The position numbers and the translations under genes were made by a program. Below the pieces are notes generated by a model. That model did not search any database. It was not told the origin of the DNA and worked only from the letters and a program-made list of their open reading frames with translations. A stretch of DNA of 64,000 bases from Minisyncoccia bacterium (GTDB taxonomy: Bacteria > Patescibacteriota > Minisyncoccia > Phycocordibacterales > Phycocordibacteraceae). Of the stretch, positions 10,348 to 18,741 are shown piece after piece. Position 1 is the first letter of the stretch; every line of letters begins with the position of its first letter. The DNA lies in NCBI GenBank assembly GCA_038212075.1, contig JBBQUV010000001.1, positions 99,200 to 163,199 on the forward strand, in the 5' to 3' direction.

Positions 10348-11529
10348 TCAATGGCTGGTAAACAAATCGTCAAGTGGATGTTTTTTGTTAAAAAGTTTTG
10401 TTATCACGTAGTGTGTTGCGGCAATTGAACCCAATTGAATGCCGGCGCCGTTAACAGTTGCCACATTCTTTCGTATGCTGACGAGCGGAAGCATACCTTT
10501 TGAAAGCGCGTATACCCCACTCCATGCGTACTCAATTTTTAAAGAGCCAGCGAATGCTTTTGTAAGGAATGTGGAAATGTTCCGTATATGTGGCGTGTGA
10601 AGCGAGATGGTGGAAGTGTTTTCCTTGGTACGTACGTCACCATACCCAACAAGCAAACGATTGTCACCAGTTATTTTTCCATAATGAAAGGAATGCGCAC
10701 CTTCTTCATCAATAAACATATCCTTATCAAGAAGGTTGAGTTTCATGAGCTGTGTTTTTGAAAGAGGGGTCGTGACTCCAATAGTCGTAATAAAGTTCTG
10801 CAAGTGTGAGCTCTCTGCACCTGTTCCCTGTGCGTACAAAATCGTTTTGTATTCAATGGCGCCATGCGACGTTCGCGCTGTGTTTTTATACGTGGAGTGT
10901 ATTGGAGTATCTTCATACACACGCACGCCTTGTTTGCGCAGATAGGTTGCTATGCCTTGGGCAAGAGCCAGTGGATTGACAGAGAGACCTTGTAAACTAC
11001 GTTCAGCAAATTGGAAAAGCGGTGTTGCAATTTCTTTTTGAAGTGCACGTCCAGAAAGAACCGGCGCTTTTTCGCCAAATGATTGTCGAGCAAGACTATC
11101 CTGCATGAGTCGCGCATGCGCCGTTGGCGTGCACGCAAGAATAAGAAAATCACCCAGTCGTGCATCGCAACGTATCTTTCCAAGCGTTATAAGTTTTTCT
11201 ACGGTTTTTAATGCGTCGCGATTTGCCTTCCTGTATAGTTTGGTGTTTTTTGCACCATATTTTTTCTTATAGGCACCCCACCACAAATTCTGTTCATTTT
11301 CAGGTTCTGGAATAAGCATGCCGGCTGAGTGTCCGGTAGAGCCGTTACCAACAATATTTCGCTCTACGATGACGACATCGTGCGGACTCACGCCACGTTC
11401 CAGTAGAAAATAGGCAGCGGTGAGGCCGGCAATGCCCCCACCCACAATCAAATACGGGCACTCAATAATCCCTCGCAAAGGTTTTCCTTTTTTGTAGCCT
11501 TTGTTTTTCCAAAAAAGCTGTTTTTTCAT
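10348..11529 (-). CDS. FAD/NAD(P)-binding oxidoreductase (amine oxidase/phytoene desaturase-like fold)
   Basis: N-terminal Rossmann dinucleotide-binding motif VGGGIAGLTAAYFL; 393 aa. Confidence 0.7.
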   Translation of the reverse strand: MKKQLFWKNKGYKKGKPLRGIIECPYLIVGGGIAGLTAAYFLLERGVSPHDVVIVERNIVGNGSTGHSAGMLIPEPENEQNLWWGAYKKKYGAKNTKLYRKANRDALKTVEKLITLGKIRCDARLGDFLILACTPTAHARLMQDSLARQSFGEKAPVLSGRALQKEIATPLFQFAERSLQGLSVNPLALAQGIATYLRKQGVRVYEDTPIHSTYKNTARTSHGAIEYKTILYAQGTGAESSHLQNFITTIGVTTPLSKTQLMKLNLLDKDMFIDEEGAHSFHYGKITGDNRLLVGYGDVRTKENTSTISLHTPHIRNISTFLTKAFAGSLKIEYAWSGVYALSKGMLPLVSIRKNVATVNGAGIQLGSIAATHYVITKLFNKKHPLDDLFTSH

Positions 11530-12581
11530 TCCAGTTCTAGTGCAGGTTTTTCCACAGCGTCAATCTCAAGGCCAATTTTGGTTCCTTCAATACGATATAC
11601 GTCTTTTTCTATCTTTCCGAGTTCCTTGTAGCCAGAATTGTAATGATTCACGGCGGTACTAAGTGCGTTTCCAAGCTTCTTGTAGTAGTCCTCGTAGGAA
11701 CCAATGTGTTTACCAAGTTCACCCACGCGCTTTTGAATTTCCACTGCCTTTTCTTCAATCTGCAGTGCTTTCAATCCCTGCATAACGGTTTGTAAGTAAG
11801 CAAGGAAAGACGTTGGCGAAACAATAATTACTTTGTATTTGCTTGCCGCTCGCTGAATAAGATTTTCTTCTTCCCCTGCACCCACTTGGTTGGTGAGAAG
11901 GTCATAATAAATCCCTTCGGATGGAATAAACATAAACGCAAAGTCCATAGTGTTTTCTTCAGGACGAATGTACTTTGCTGTTTCTTGAATACGAAGCTTC
12001 AGGTCATTCACAAACGCTTTTTCAAGCACCGCGCGCTCCGGTTCTGGCGCGTGGATGTAGCGATTGTAGTTATCAAGCGAAAATTTGGAGTCTACCGGCA
12101 CGAGCTTTTTATTTATGATGACAACCGCATCCACAATTTCACCGTTTTTAAACGGATACTGAATACGATAGTCTTCCGGACTCATCACATTTTTCAATAC
12201 TGTTTCCAAATAGTATTCACCCAAAATGCCGCGCTGTTTTGGGTTCTTTAAAATATCTTGGAGATTTTGCAATTGCTCAGCAAAGGTTTGTGTTTGGCGC
12301 CCAATTTCTTTTACGGAAGTGATTTCCTCAGTGATTTCTTTTATTAGGCGCGATGATTCGGTGTGCCTGCGGTGCGCCTCTTCCTGCATTTGTTTAGAAG
12401 ATTCAGACACGCGGGCATCGAGGGTTTGCGCCAAGTTTTCAACTTGTTTTTGCAGTAGCATCATTCCAGAAGAATCCTCTGCTTTTGGTGTTTCGGCGCG
12501 ACGTCCAAACAAATACCAAAATCCAAAGCCCTGCAGAATGAGTACAACTATTATAAAAACACCAATAGTGACCACGGTCAT
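11526..12581 (-). CDS. rmuC: DNA recombination protein RmuC
   Basis: N-terminal TM anchor, long coiled-coil, and the RmuC-type C-terminal core (LVPVDSKFSLDNY). Start chosen at the ATG at 12581, which follows a terminator hairpin and a TATACT -10 box. Confidence 0.75.
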   Translation of the reverse strand: MTVVTIGVFIIVVLILQGFGFWYLFGRRAETPKAEDSSGMMLLQKQVENLAQTLDARVSESSKQMQEEAHRRHTESSRLIKEITEEITSVKEIGRQTQTFAEQLQNLQDILKNPKQRGILGEYYLETVLKNVMSPEDYRIQYPFKNGEIVDAVVIINKKLVPVDSKFSLDNYNRYIHAPEPERAVLEKAFVNDLKLRIQETAKYIRPEENTMDFAFMFIPSEGIYYDLLTNQVGAGEEENLIQRAASKYKVIIVSPTSFLAYLQTVMQGLKALQIEEKAVEIQKRVGELGKHIGSYEDYYKKLGNALSTAVNHYNSGYKELGKIEKDVYRIEGTKIGLEIDAVEKPALELE

Positions 12582-12595
12582 GCACTCAGTATACC

Positions 12596-12633
12596 CGACC
12601 AAAACGAAAGGGCCGCAACAGTGTGCGGCCCCG
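12596..12633 (-). terminator. putative Rho-independent terminator downstream of small ORF 12655-12903
   Basis: 8-bp hairpin gggccgca/tgcggccc followed on the minus strand by tttcgtttt. Confidence 0.5.
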
Positions 12634-12654
12634 ACGGTCTTGGTGTTAGAGGGG

Positions 12655-12903
12655 TTAGTGGTAGGTGCTTCGTGCATTCACGAGCGCTTGAGCTTTCTGT
12701 ACGCCCTCGGCCGGTGTGATTTTTGAATGCATCACGTCGATGAGGATGTTGGAAAGTTCTTCCCGCTCGGTATCTACGGCACCTTCCGATTCCACCTGTT
12801 GGCGAAAAAGACCGATTTGAGCGATTGCGTCGCTCATACTCATTACTGACTGTTGCACTGACTGCTCCCTCGCGTTGTCATTTGCTGGCTGTTCAATTCC
12901 CAT
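12655..12903 (-). CDS. hypothetical small protein (82 aa)
   Basis: ORF bounded by its own terminator; no recognisable domain. Confidence 0.4.
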   Translation of the reverse strand: MGIEQPANDNAREQSVQQSVMSMSDAIAQIGLFRQQVESEGAVDTEREELSNILIDVMHSKITPAEGVQKAQALVNARSTYH

Positions 12904-12949
12904 ATCGGGATTCTAGCATAACTTTTAAACAGTGATACGCTGGGTATAT

Positions 12950-13405
12950 ATGGCACTACACGAATCAATTAAGGCAGGTATCCCCGACGCCATGCGCGCG
13001 AAAGATGAAGTAAAGCTCCGCACGCTTCGTTCCCTCGCTTCAGCAATGACTAACGAGGTAATGGCAAAGAAGCGTAAGCCAGATGAATTTTTGACTGATG
13101 AAGAAGCGGTGGCGGTGGTAAAACGCGCAGGAAATCAGCGTAAAGATTCTATTGAACAATTTGAAAAAGCAGGACGTATGGACTTGGTGGAGCCGGAAAA
13201 ATTAGAGCTCGCGATTATTGAGTCATTCCTTCCTGCACAAATGGGTCGCGCAGAAATTGAAACAGTAGTGAAGGCAAAAATGGCAGAAATGGGTATTTCA
13301 AGCAAGGCAGATGCTGGTAAGTTTATCGGTGCAGTGATGAAAGACCTTAAGGGCAAGGCAGACGGCACTGAAGTGAAGGCAGTCGTTGACTCTCTTCTCT
13401 CATAA
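12950..13405 (+). CDS. GatB/YqeY domain-containing protein
   Basis: About 151 aa; the pattern (LRTLRSL...AVVKRAGNQRKDSIEQFEKAGR...ELAIIESFLP) matches the YqeY family. Confidence 0.8.
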   Translation: MALHESIKAGIPDAMRAKDEVKLRTLRSLASAMTNEVMAKKRKPDEFLTDEEAVAVVKRAGNQRKDSIEQFEKAGRMDLVEPEKLELAIIESFLPAQMGRAEIETVVKAKMAEMGISSKADAGKFIGAVMKDLKGKADGTEVKAVVDSLLS

Positions 13406-13407
13406 GT

Positions 13408-13773
13408 ATGGCTGAAGGCGCGCCAGGACAGGGTGGGCTTGCGGGGCTTATGGATGCCATAACGCAACGACGTGAAAAAGCGTTGAGCGAAGGCGGAGAA
13501 ATTTTGAACCCGCGCAATATGAATCTTTTGGTCACCGAAATTCATAACAGAATGAAGAAGTACGGCGAGCCTTTCTCTTCAGCATTTGACTGGGTATTTA
13601 ATAGCGATCGTTGGCAAAAGCCACCTATAGACGCCGATAAGCGCCCAAGGTATGCAGAATTTGCTCACGACTATTTTAAAGAAACCATCCCTACCCCCGT
13701 TTCTCCTAACGAGGTGTCCCCCATGCCTACAAAACAGGGCGACCTATTCATTGATAAAGAAGATAAAGCGTGA
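13408..13773 (+). CDS. hypothetical protein (121 aa)
   Basis: ATG 2 nt after the stop of the upstream gene, suggesting translational coupling. No recognisable domain. Confidence 0.5.
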   Translation: MAEGAPGQGGLAGLMDAITQRREKALSEGGEILNPRNMNLLVTEIHNRMKKYGEPFSSAFDWVFNSDRWQKPPIDADKRPRYAEFAHDYFKETIPTPVSPNEVSPMPTKQGDLFIDKEDKA

Positions 13774-13834
13774 TATAATACTTTTCGGACGTTGGGTACA
13801 CGGTGGAGTTCAATCTTGAAAACAAGAGGGTCCA

Positions 13835-14134
13835 ATGTCCAAAGTTGTAAAAGTACCGTATCCGGTGAATGCCAAGCTTGGTCAATCCGTAAGGATTACG
13901 GGCATTCTCCCAACACGTGCTCGTGACGTTGCTATCGCGGCGTTTGACGCCTTCGAAAAACACTATTGCGGCACTGTTGAAGTGATTGGTCGGCCTGACG
14001 GCATCCACCTCACCCGTCCGTTCGCGGTTGGTGCAAGTGGTATCGAGGAGGACGCGGAAGAATTCGCGCTGTCCATCGAGAAGTATTTCGGCTTCAAAAC
14101 CGAAACTTCGCCAGTACAAATGATGTTCGCCTGA
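13835..14134 (+). CDS. hypothetical protein (99 aa)
   Basis: ORF with upstream AGAGGG ribosome-binding site; no recognisable domain. Confidence 0.5.
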   Translation: MSKVVKVPYPVNAKLGQSVRITGILPTRARDVAIAAFDAFEKHYCGTVEVIGRPDGIHLTRPFAVGASGIEEDAEEFALSIEKYFGFKTETSPVQMMFA

Positions 14135-14140
14135 ATAACC

Positions 14141-14200
14141 GAACGAGAGACGAGTGGTGTCGCAGAACGCGACTCCCTCGTTCTCCCGGGCGGTTTTTTG
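14141..14200 (+). terminator. putative Rho-independent terminator
   Basis: Imperfect long hairpin (gaacgag...ctcgttc) then cccgggcgg followed by tttttt. Confidence 0.4.
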
Positions 14201-14268
14201 ATACTTGCCTTCCCTATATTTTATGCTATATTTACTGTGTTCGGTTTAACCAAAGAGGAGGATGTCGC

Positions 14269-14667
14269 ATGAGCGACACTACGTTCTTTAACACAACCAA
14301 CCCGAAGCCACAGACTATTCCCGTCGATGTACGGGGATATACCTGGCCGAGGAGACTCACAATAATTGCTTGGGCGTTACTCACTACGGTGATTATCGCC
14401 CTTACTGCTTTTGATTTTGCGTGTTTTAACGCAGGATCGGAACTCTTCTGGGATATTTCATGGAAACTTGTACCGAACTATGAGTTCGCCAAGCCCGTGA
14501 TTCATCACTTTAGCGTTCCGCTGATTGATTGGGGACGATATCCATCGTTCTTCCTTTCCGTCTGCCTTGGAATCAAGACGCTTCTTGCGCTCTTTGTTCC
14601 GCCGGCAATCCGCACGCACCATGTCCGCTTCGAGCTGACAGAAGTGCCTGCACCTCAAAAAAAATAG
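14269..14667 (+). CDS. hypothetical membrane protein (132 aa)
   Basis: Strong ribosome-binding site (AAAGAGGAGG) 7 nt upstream; two predicted TM helices. Confidence 0.55.
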   Translation: MSDTTFFNTTNPKPQTIPVDVRGYTWPRRLTIIAWALLTTVIIALTAFDFACFNAGSELFWDISWKLVPNYEFAKPVIHHFSVPLIDWGRYPSFFLSVCLGIKTLLALFVPPAIRTHHVRFELTEVPAPQKK

Positions 14668-14836
14668 CAATTATTGCGAATCCCAACGGTTCGCATCTCA
14701 ACGACTCACACTCACCAACCAAGGAGGCTACTATGCCATCACTGACTGAATGAATGTCCGCCGCAGAGCTCTGCGAACCGTTTTTTGGTATCTACGCTTC
14801 ATATTTACTCAATTTCCTGTTATAAAAACTGTACTT

Positions 14837-14908
14837 GGCCCTATCGTCTAACGGTTAGGACGGAGCCTTCTCAAGGCTTAAATCGGGGTTCGATTCCCCG
14901 TAGGGTCA
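14837..14908 (+). tRNA. tRNA-Glu (anticodon CUC)
   Basis: Manual cloverleaf fold: 7-bp acceptor stem (one G-U pair), D-arm GTCT/GGAC, anticodon loop TTCTCAA, T-arm CGGGG-TTCGATT-CCCCG, discriminator A. CCA is not encoded. Confidence 0.85.
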
Positions 14909-15049
14909 CAAATTTTGCAAAGCAATAATTTGTGATTTTTGAACGTGTGGAGTCACGTTCAAAAAGAATCGAAACGCGCAGCCGCGACGGCGGCGAGCGG
15001 GGGTCGCGGAATTTTCCAGCAGGAAAATATCTGTGACCGATGCGTGCTT

Positions 15050-15082
15050 GTGTAATCACAAGACACTTCCCCGTAGGGTCAC
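15050..15082 (+). repeat. 33-bp direct repeat copy 1 (gtgtaatcacaagacacttccccgtagggtcac), containing a copy of the tRNA-Glu 3' end
   Basis: Identical to 15240-15272. The last 17 nt match tRNA-Glu 14894-14910. Confidence 0.9.
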
Positions 15083-15132
15083 AAAAATAACGAGACGACT
15101 GCAAGGCAGTCGGCGATTATATTTTTGTAGAT

Positions 15133-15148
15133 CCTACGGGGAATCGAA
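15133..15148 (-). repeat. inverted copy of tRNA-Glu T-loop/acceptor 3' segment (16 nt, ttcgattccccgtagg)
   Basis: Its reverse complement matches tRNA-Glu positions 14891-14906. Confidence 0.8.
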
Positions 15149-15239
15149 TGCGAGCGCGGGCACCAGTTCAGCAGAACTGGTCGTGCGAGGCGGCTCGCGA
15201 AAATAGTGAGTGACGACGAACTATTTTTGTGAGAGATAC

Positions 15240-15272
15240 GTGTAATCACAAGACACTTCCCCGTAGGGTCAC
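15240..15272 (+). repeat. 33-bp direct repeat copy 2
   Basis: Perfect identity to 15050-15082, 190 bp away. Confidence 0.9.
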
Positions 15273-15421
15273 TCGACACCGTAGCAAATTTTATGTGGCG
15301 CAATTATCGCGCTGTAGCTGAGCCATATTTCACCTGCAAAGTTCGATTCCTCTCAAGCCCCTTACCGAGAGTCGAACTCGTCAACGATATTGGATGCACG
15401 GTTTGGTATACTTATAAGCGT

Positions 15422-15661
15422 ATGGCTAAGAAGACGCATCGAGATACAAAGGTTGGGCAGTGGACATCTTCCCTCCCTCCAGCAGAACCTAATGCCGTTA
15501 CTAAAGTCACATTGGGTGGCAAGGATTTTCATATTGCAAAAGTAGTGCGTCATGCCGACACTGGTCGGTTCATAGAGATTTTGGAAGCCGGTGCACGTGG
15601 AGGTCATTTTGCGGACCGTTCACCAAACAACGATGAGTCCGGACGCCGCAAAGCAAAATAA
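15422..15661 (+). CDS. hypothetical small protein, candidate antitoxin partner of the downstream PIN gene
   Basis: 79-aa ORF immediately upstream of, and overlapping, the PIN gene; no known antitoxin fold recognised. Confidence 0.4.
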   Translation: MAKKTHRDTKVGQWTSSLPPAEPNAVTKVTLGGKDFHIAKVVRHADTGRFIEILEAGARGGHFADRSPNNDESGRRKAK

Positions 15662-16232
15662 GGGTTCTGGCGAGGAGGCTAAGCTTCCTCTAAGAAACAT
15701 AATATTGGATACCAACGTTTTTGACCTTCTCTCAAATAAGGAACTGGAGCCGAAGTTCATCGCGCTGCTGAGAGAGGCCGTTGGTTTGGGATACGGTATT
15801 GTCATCTGCGATATTGTTCTTTTTGAATTGCTACAAGAGGCTTCGATGGATAAGGAGCTGTGGATCATGCAGCAACTTTCTGACGTACCAAGTTTGCCGC
15901 TGACCCAAGAAGTCATGTTCGCCGCTGCGCATGTGGCGTCATTATATAAAGAGGAAGGTTTGGAATTGAAGCAGTTTGCAATTGGAGACCGAATTATAGC
16001 CGGGACTTCCGTTATGAATAACGCTCTGATTCTTACTAAGAATGGTAGGGATTTCCCGGAGCCGTTTTTTAAGGAATTAGATCGCCGCCATGTCGATTAC
16101 GAGAACGGTTCAGTTCAAGCCTGCGTATATTTGTACTTCAAAGAGCCTCAATTGGATGTCATCACAAAACACCACTCAATGCGTACGGCTTCCATTCAGA
16201 AGAAAGCAAAAACTCCTAAGCAAAAGCCTTAA
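15633..16232 (+). CDS. PIN domain protein (VapC-like toxin) with about 55-aa C-terminal extension
   Basis: IILDTNVFD N-terminal acidic motif, LFELL, IGDRIIAGTS, TKNGRDF – conserved PIN acidic residues. Start uncertain; GAGGAGG ribosome-binding site at 15667. Confidence 0.7.
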   Translation: MSPDAAKQNKGSGEEAKLPLRNIILDTNVFDLLSNKELEPKFIALLREAVGLGYGIVICDIVLFELLQEASMDKELWIMQQLSDVPSLPLTQEVMFAAAHVASLYKEEGLELKQFAIGDRIIAGTSVMNNALILTKNGRDFPEPFFKELDRRHVDYENGSVQACVYLYFKEPQLDVITKHHSMRTASIQKKAKTPKQKP

Positions 16233-16282
16233 AGCCATCTTTGGCCACTCTTGGGTGATTGATGCACCGAGCTAATAAATCG

Positions 16283-16880
16283 CTACGCGCTTCCGTTTCC
16301 CGACTTTGGAATATGCTCGACGTTGTAACGTTCGGGATTCCCGTTACGCGCTTTTTCTACCGGTACGAACTGTCCATTGATATTGTCCCGCCCAAGTTTG
16401 AACGATTTGGAGACTGACATGTTGATGTTGGGTTTGCTATTTAACCCAAGAGTGGCCGGAGATGGTTTCAAGGAACCTTATTTGCCTCAATTATACTTCC
16501 GCCGTTGCCCAGGTAAAGTGGATATCTCTTTCTCTCTCTAGTTAGCACCGTCACTCGCTCACACGGACTTAATAAGGCCGCCCGTGTTCGGGACGAGCTG
16601 TCGCGAGTGGACTTCAGGGACGTTACGCAGCAAGCTGATCAGGTCCCTCTTCTCTCGCTCTTCTAGCCGCTTCACGCTTCCGATTGAATTTCTCAATGTT
16701 CTTCCATCCGGGATTGGGCACCGCGATTTTGGTGTGCGTCGGTGCGGGGGCACTTTTTGACAAATTTATGCCTGCTTCAAAAATAGCTAGGATTTTGCTT
16801 GCGCGAGTTCGAGGTCCGTCCCGACATGGGTCACTAAAAACAAAACCGCCACATTTAGGGACGGTTTTGTCAGTCAGCAC
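16283..16880 (-). pseudogene. decayed ORF fragments (three short ORFs in two frames, interrupted by stops)
   Basis: ORFs 16623-16880, 16559-16753 and 16283-16471 overlap in different frames, with an in-frame stop between the last two. No intact gene fits 16233-16880. Confidence 0.35.
16836..16872 (-). terminator. putative terminator downstream of the 3D-domain gene
   Basis: Hairpin aaaaccgcc...ggacggtttt with flanking T/A runs. Confidence 0.45.
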
Positions 16881-17456
16881 TTACTTAAGCGCGAGTAGCT
16901 TATTTGACTGCTCCACCATCTGGGCAAGCTCAGCCTGTGTTTTTGGCACGTCAGCAAGCTTCATGTAGCCAACGACATGGATGTTCACACCCGTACAGAC
17001 GCCAAGCACACGAGCTGGGTTCGTAGGAATACCCTTCACAGGTACGGTGTCGTTCTGGTCAAGGAGAACGTCCACCTTGTTATGCATACGTGCATTCATC
17101 ACGTCACCAATCACACGGTAACCGATAAGGTGATTAACGGCGTTCACACGGCAGTTGTTGGTGTCTACTGCAGGAGCTTCAATGGCGATAACGGTACCGA
17201 AAGGAAGTTCAGACTTAAGGTCTTGGGAGCGCGCAGCTATGATTTCCGGATTCGAACGAAGCCCAGACGCAGTGGTCATAGGGTCTCCATCTGTTTGCCA
17301 CGGTACGGCGTTATACGAAGTCATGCTTACCGTATACGACGGAAGGATGACCGGTGCCGGAGCATCGGGCGCTGACGCCGCTTGGGCGCCAGACATAATG
17401 AAAAAACCAGCCACGAGAGCTGATGTGAGGTAAGTCATAGATACGGATCGAATCAA
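16881..17456 (-). CDS. secreted 3D-domain protein (MltA-like 3D domain; cell-wall associated)
   Basis: Signal peptide, then YTVSMTSYNAVPWQTDGDPMTTASG...GTVIAIEAPAVD pattern typical of the 3D domain. Confidence 0.7.
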   Translation of the reverse strand: MIRSVSMTYLTSALVAGFFIMSGAQAASAPDAPAPVILPSYTVSMTSYNAVPWQTDGDPMTTASGLRSNPEIIAARSQDLKSELPFGTVIAIEAPAVDTNNCRVNAVNHLIGYRVIGDVMNARMHNKVDVLLDQNDTVPVKGIPTNPARVLGVCTGVNIHVVGYMKLADVPKTQAELAQMVEQSNKLLALK

Positions 17457-17636
17457 TCGAAACGTAACACCATATTATCACATTACTTGTCAATAGTCAA
17501 TACCTACGCAAGGTTGGCGTTTAGTAGCTACCTTTAAAATATGGCTTATTTACTAAGTAAAATTCCTATTGCCGTGCACTCAAATGTCTGGCGTTTTGAA
17601 AGGTTCATGAAAAACACCCACCTCTTGACCGCTTCC

Positions 17637-18737
17637 CTACCCCTTCTTTTTGCGGGTTGACGCGATATTGAGGATAATTCCGACCGCGGCAAGGGCGGTA
17701 AAGAGCGCAGTGCCCCCGTGGGAGATAAATGGAAGAGGTAAACCGGTTAACGGGAGCACGCCAAGCATTGCGCCTATGTTCAAAAAGGCGGAAAGCGTAA
17801 TCATAAGGGTAAGCCCAGCCGCAATGTACGCGCCACCAGCAGTACTGGCTTCTGATGCAATGCGAAAGCCACGAGCGGCAAAGGCGCCAAAGAGAAGAAT
17901 GAGTCCTATTGCGCCCACAAGCCCAAATTCTTCCCCAATAACCGCGAATACCGAGTCGTCCATAGCTTCAGGCAGGTAGTTGAACTTTTGCACGCTTTGG
18001 CCAAACCCGCGCCCGAGTATCCCACCGGATCCAATAGCTATAAGCGACTGCTGGATTTGATACCCCGAAGTATAGGCACTTGCGGCAGGGTGTAAGAAGG
18101 TGTCTACGCGGATCATAAGGTACGGGCGAAAGTGAAGGAGTATGAGCACTCCCACGACCGCCACAGCTATGAGTATGCCAAAGTCACGCCACGGTGCCCC
18201 GGCAAGAAAGTACAAGGCCGTACAGGTAATCCCAAGCACTATCACCGTGGAGGTGTTTGGTTGAAGAATAAGGAGTATGCAGGGTACGCCCAAAATGAAT
18301 AAAAAAGGCAGAAGACCCGAACGCCATGAAGAGATCTTCCCTTTTGCATGTGCCAAATAGCCACCGAGCATTAAGATAGTGGCGACTTTTAGAAATTCTG
18401 CCGGCTGAAGCGTGGCAAAGCCAAGGTCAAGCCAGCGAGTGGCACCGTTGGTGTGTACGCCAACGTGCGGCACAAACACCAGTGCCGTAAGCGCAAGAGC
18501 GCCAAGGTATACCGGCACCGTGGCCTTCGCAATAATCTTGCTTGGCGTAAAGCGCAAAATAAGAAGCGCGATAATGCCCGGAATAAGGCCGAGGAGAAGC
18601 TGAGTAATGAATATGTGTGCGACCGAAGCGTTCTCGCGAGCAAGGAGTCCGAGCGACGCAGAGAAGAACATGGCGAGCCCGCCAAACACCAGCACCGCGA
18701 CGATGAGTACAAAAACTTTATCGCCAAGGAGCTTCAT
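17637..18737 (-). CDS. ftsW: SEDS family peptidoglycan glycosyltransferase FtsW/RodA
   Basis: 366 aa, about 10 TM helices with conserved FtsW/RodA family segments; lies directly downstream of mraY. Confidence 0.85.
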   Translation of the reverse strand: MKLLGDKVFVLIVAVLVFGGLAMFFSASLGLLARENASVAHIFITQLLLGLIPGIIALLILRFTPSKIIAKATVPVYLGALALTALVFVPHVGVHTNGATRWLDLGFATLQPAEFLKVATILMLGGYLAHAKGKISSWRSGLLPFLFILGVPCILLILQPNTSTVIVLGITCTALYFLAGAPWRDFGILIAVAVVGVLILLHFRPYLMIRVDTFLHPAASAYTSGYQIQQSLIAIGSGGILGRGFGQSVQKFNYLPEAMDDSVFAVIGEEFGLVGAIGLILLFGAFAARGFRIASEASTAGGAYIAAGLTLMITLSAFLNIGAMLGVLPLTGLPLPFISHGGTALFTALAAVGIILNIASTRKKKG

Positions 18738-18741
18738 CCTG

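Noticed and set aside
12582-12677. Longer rmuC start at 12677
   Set aside because: It would read through a terminator hairpin and overlap the small upstream ORF. The ATG at 12581 is followed directly by the TM anchor and has a -10-like box upstream.
15050-15272. CRISPR array possibility for the identical 33-bp repeats
   Set aside because: Only two copies, 190-bp spacing, no cas genes. The repeat is derived from the tRNA-Glu 3' end, not a CRISPR repeat.
14910-15300. tmRNA or other tRNA-like ncRNA
   Set aside because: No tRNA-Ala-like acceptor with CCA, no resume-codon/tag reading frame; only copies of the tRNA-Glu 3' end are present.
16283-16471. HNH endonuclease remnant (EHIPKSGNG resembles DHIxPxSxGG)
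   Set aside because: No flanking Cys pairs or downstream N-L/C-H motif. The similarity is too short to support a call.
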